Assembly (NCBI GenBank): GCA_946185585.1
Contig: CAMHJP010000002.1
Location: 1-54,657, forward strand
Reading direction: 5' to 3'
DNA: 54,657 nucleotides
From: an uncultured Bacillales bacterium
GTDB lineage: Bacteria; Bacillota_I; Bacilli_A; RFN20; CAG-826
The position numbers were made by a program, and so were the translations under genes. A model generated the notes under the pieces. The model was not told where the DNA came from and searched no databases. It was given only the letters and a program-made list of their open reading frames with translations. Shown here one piece after another: positions 54,263-54,657 of this stretch (positions are counted from its first letter, which is position 1; every line of letters begins with the position of its first letter).

Positions 54263-54657
54263 ATGTATAAAGTTGGATTAATTTCATTAGGATGCGCGAA
54301 AAATCTCGTCGATAGCGAGATGATTTTAGGCATGCTTAACCAATCCAAATTCGAAATCACCAACACTGTTGAAGATAGTGATGTCATTATCGTCAACACC
54401 TGTGGATTTATCGAAGATTCGAAGAAAGAATCCATCGAAAACATTCTTGATGTTTGCAAATATGGCAAGAAAGTCGTTGTCGTTGGTTGCTTAGTCGAAC
54501 GTTACTTAAAAGAGCTTCAAGAAAGCATCCCAGAAGTTGATTTATGGGTCCCAATCAGAGACTACAACAAACTCAACGAAAAACTTGAATCTTTACTATC
54601 AAGTAAAGTCCAACCTCTAAATCCATTCGTTAGAATGCTTTCTACCCCTCCATACAT
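54263..54657 (+). CDS. rimO: ribosomal protein S12 methylthiotransferase RimO, N-terminal part (3' end outside window)
   Basis: MYKVGLISLGCAKNLVDSEMILGML...IIVNTCGFIEDSKKESI is the UPF0004/MTTase N-domain pattern with RimO-type LGCxKNxVDSE. The frame is open to the window end. Confidence 0.8.
   Translation, partial: MYKVGLISLGCAKNLVDSEMILGMLNQSKFEITNTVEDSDVIIVNTCGFIEDSKKESIENILDVCKYGKKVVVVGCLVERYLKELQESIPEVDLWVPIRDYNKLNEKLESLLSSKVQPLNPFVRMLSTPPY

Overview
AT-rich, low-GC Firmicutes-type chromosomal segment, probably an anaerobic Erysipelotrichia-like or Mollicutes-related lineage. The standard genetic code applies: TGA is used as a stop (for example 2051-2053) and Trp is TGG. Most of the window is housekeeping or accessory metabolism. 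Recognisable units are an acyl-CoA ligase fragment, an MtaD-like deaminase, potABCD, cysK-cysE, an HMA chaperone with a ZIP transporter, and a Fic protein. There is also a DtxR-family repressor with feoA-feoA-feoB, a LytS-type two-component system next to a 1249-aa GLUG-motif surface protein, rubrerythrin, a trimeric HydABC-type [FeFe]-hydrogenase, an ABC-2 exporter, DegV and the 5' part of rimO. Eleven tRNA or tRNA-like loci occur in five clusters. No rRNA, CRISPR array or intact prophage is visible. Eight points stand out. (1) Two paralogous orphan HpaII/MspI-like nuclease genes each sit against tRNA genes. (2) A mosaic insertion region lies at an initiator-like tRNA; it carries a foreign-composition streptothricin-acetyltransferase-like gene, a truncated GNAT and a decayed IS3 element, and is delimited by three copies of the tRNA-distal terminator sequence. 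(3) tRNA-Phe is flanked by inverted copies of itself. (4) There are four Endonuclease-I-family exported nucleases, including a 1502-aa fusion and a tandem lipoprotein pair. (5) A repeated GTTAGG-N4-CCTAAC operator links the ZIP, dtxR and feo units. (6) HydA carries a TSCSPGW variant of the H-cluster L1 motif. (7) Several genes have a recurrent leaderless-type promoter/start architecture. (8) Two small promoter-plus-terminator units may be sRNAs or riboswitch-like leaders. All functional calls come from motif recognition by eye; no database search was run.
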